Shown here one piece after another: positions 61,838 to 64,000 of a stretch of DNA of 64,000 bases. The position numbers and the translations under genes were made by a program. The notes beneath the pieces are model-generated. The model did not search any database. It saw nothing but the letters and a program-made list of their open reading frames with translations, and was not told the origin of the DNA. Source of the DNA: an uncultured Planctomycetota bacterium (lineage in GTDB: Bacteria; Planctomycetota; Planctomycetia; Gemmatales; Gemmataceae); NCBI GenBank assembly GCA_963849325.1, contig CAWKHF010000008.1:96001-160000 (forward strand). The letters are read 5' to 3'. Numbering within the stretch: the first letter of the stretch is position 1; the number at the start of each line of letters is the position of its first letter.

Positions 61838-62977
61838 TTAGCGCACCGGCGGATCGATGACGGCCTTGCGCTTCAGGTCCGCCACAATGCCCTTCATCTC
61901 GCGCTGAAAGACGATGTTGCGCAGCTTGTCGCGGATCTCCTTCTGCACCTTGTCGTCGAACGGGATCGGCCCGGCGTAGTCGCGCTTGACCAGGCGGAGG
62001 ACGTGGAAGCCGCGCGGCCGCTCGATGAGTTGCAGGTCGCCGTCGTGCATGCCGAACAGGATCGGCTCGGCCTCGGGCGGGAAGATTTCGCCGCGTTTGC
62101 GGCCCTGGCCGTCGCCCTTGCGGAAGCGGCCGCTGGTGCCGTTGTCGAACTCGTAGGACAGCGTGGCGAAGTCCTCGCCCTGACGGACGCGGGTCAGCAG
62201 CGACTCGGCGAAGCGGCGGGCGTCGGCGCGCGAGGCGTGCTGCGTGGCGTCGATGAACAGGTCTTGCCAGTGGACGCTGTCGGGCTGGGTGAACTCGTCG
62301 GCGTGGCTGGTGTAGTAGTCGGCGATGTCGGTGTGGCCGATGCGGCTGATGTGCGGCTCGACGCGGCTGTGGATGTACTGCATGGCCATGTAATTGCGCT
62401 GCCACCAGCGCCGCATCACCTCCAGCGACATGTCGTGCTGGCGCATGAAACGACTGAATTCCTCGGTGCTCTCCACGTGGTTTTGTTTCATGATCGGCCG
62501 CAGCCAGCGCTTCTCGAAGTCCTGGTCGGCGGCCTCCCGGAGTTTCGCGATGAAGGCGGCGCCCTGCTTGCCGCCGCGCTCCAGCTTGGCCAGGGCGTCC
62601 TGCAAGAGCACTTCGCGGTCGATGAGCTGCTCCAGGGCTTGCTTGAGGATCTCCTGTTGCTCCTTGAGCGTGCGCGCGGCGTGCAGCTGCTGATAGCAGG
62701 AAGAGCGGACCTCTTCGTCGAGGATCGGTTCGCCGTTGACGACGGCGCAAATGGTGGCGGTGGGGCTGGCGTGCGACGCCTCGGCGGGCGGCTGGATCGG
62801 CAGCTCAATGAGGCAGACGGCGGCTGGATTGGCGCGAGCGGTGTCCGGCTTTTGCGAGCGAGCCACCTCGGGAGCCGCGGGCGGCAGCACCGGCAGCGCT
62901 GAGGGCCGCGCCATGCACCCGCAGGCCGTCAGAACGACCGCGACCCAGGCTCGTGCCAGCCGGCCACGCCATGTCAT
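61838..62977 (-). CDS. SurA/PrsA-like parvulin peptidyl-prolyl isomerase
   Basis: AVVNGEPILDEEV...LEQLIDREVL...GEDFATL...GFHVLRL...PFD.KVQ..IR. Confidence 0.85.
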   Translation of the reverse strand: MTWRGRLARAWVAVVLTACGCMARPSALPVLPPAAPEVARSQKPDTARANPAAVCLIELPIQPPAEASHASPTATICAVVNGEPILDEEVRSSCYQQLHAARTLKEQQEILKQALEQLIDREVLLQDALAKLERGGKQGAAFIAKLREAADQDFEKRWLRPIMKQNHVESTEEFSRFMRQHDMSLEVMRRWWQRNYMAMQYIHSRVEPHISRIGHTDIADYYTSHADEFTQPDSVHWQDLFIDATQHASRADARRFAESLLTRVRQGEDFATLSYEFDNGTSGRFRKGDGQGRKRGEIFPPEAEPILFGMHDGDLQLIERPRGFHVLRLVKRDYAGPIPFDDKVQKEIRDKLRNIVFQREMKGIVADLKRKAVIDPPVR

Positions 62978-63318
62978 TGCGTCTGTCTCCGGAGAACTCA
63001 GGACCGCGTTGTGCCGAGAGGGCGAACTATACCGCGCGCGCACTGCCGTGCAAGAGGGGTTTGCGGATGGCGGCGGAACGAGGCGGCAAGACTTGCAGGA
63101 TGTGCGGAGCGGGGGGAGGCAGGTAAGCCGGTGTGAGCCGGACAATGGGCAATCGGGGTGTTTGTCGGCCGGCCCGGCGTCCGAATCCATTGCTGGGAGA
63201 CTGGATACCAACGGCAGGACGCAACAGGAGTCGCTCCGAAGCTCTCCCCCGCAAGCCGCGGTCCTAACCGCGCCCAGTCACCGGGGAGCAAGCAGCCGAG
63301 TCAGGGAGGACCATTGGC

Positions 63319-64000
63319 ATGAGACATCGATGTCTTCGCAGTCTGGGTCTGTCACTGGGTTTGCTGGTGGCGGCCCCTGTAGCGTGGTTGACACCCGCGC
63401 TACGGGCCGAACCGCCGGCGCCAGCCATTCAACCGTGGCCGCCGGCGGCGTCGTCGTCGGCGACTACGCCGCCGACAACGCCGCCGAGCGAACTGGCCCC
63501 TATCCTCGTGAACGTACCTCAGCCGTCCGCGCCGGCGAGCACGCCGCCGGCCGTCATCGCGGAGGCGATACCGGCGGTGTCACTGGAGCGGCCGGTCGCC
63601 CTTCGGGACAAGCAGGCCGTCGTGGACGGCGAGGTCCGGCCCACGAGTTTGTTCAACCGCAACAGCGACGCCATCGCCTACAGTCCGGCGGCGGGCGTCC
63701 TCACCGCTCGGCCCCTGCCGCCCGGTCCTTCCCTGGACGTGAACAATCTTCCCTTGCCGTCCGCCACCCTATCGGCGACGCCTCCGCCGGACTGCGCCGT
63801 ATAACGGCTGGCGTCAGCCGCCAGCCGCGCCGGTATCGCCGGGCAGCCCGAGCACGACGATGGCGCCGGTGCCGGGTGTGTCGGCCGTGCCGGGGGTGAT
63901 GGCCGGGCCGGGCATCGCCGGCGCGCCTCTGGGCAATCCCGTGTGCGACGGCTGCGTCGGCGGCGGGGCCTGTAGCGTGTGCGGCCCGGACGCCTGCTGT
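63319..64000 (+). CDS. Exported Pro-rich protein (3' partial, probable frameshift near 63770); possibly the N-terminus of a planctomycete outer-membrane beta-barrel
   Basis: GGAGG RBS, signal peptide, long Pro/Ala-rich region, Cys/Gly-rich stretch at the window end. Confidence 0.5.

Overview
High-GC bacterial chromosomal window, most consistent with Planctomycetota (Gemmataceae-like): it has a TIGR03000-type protein, DUF4058, three PQQ-like beta-propeller proteins, a WD40 protein next to a Ser/Thr kinase, and several families of palindromic intergenic repeats. The backbone is housekeeping and envelope genes (GH57 glucanotransferase, nadD, M24 peptidase, accB/accC, priA, thiL, RlmI-like methyltransferase, galE, SurA-like PPIase). 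Many genes, including essential ones, carry 1-nt frameshifts, best explained as long-read or consensus errors. Accessory features of most interest: (1) a SWIM-SNF2 helicase gene followed by a long Fe-S PD-(D/E)XK (Cas4/Dna2-like) nuclease gene that runs off the left edge and is missing from the ORF track; (2) a diverged tandem duplication of a HEPN plus small-partner module; (3) a third HEPN pair in an islet flanked by a duplicated gene 3' end, beside a possible integron-cassette relic; (4) a co-oriented ferredoxin, di-heme peroxidase, lipoprotein, aquaporin and DUF3501 cluster; (5) a low-GC putative toxin/immunity pair inserted between a kinase and an enolase paralog with altered active-site residues; (6) an AlbA_2-ATPase gene and a VapC-type TA pair. 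No rRNA, tRNA, CRISPR array, integrase or transposase was recognised. All family calls come from reading motifs by eye; no database searches were run.
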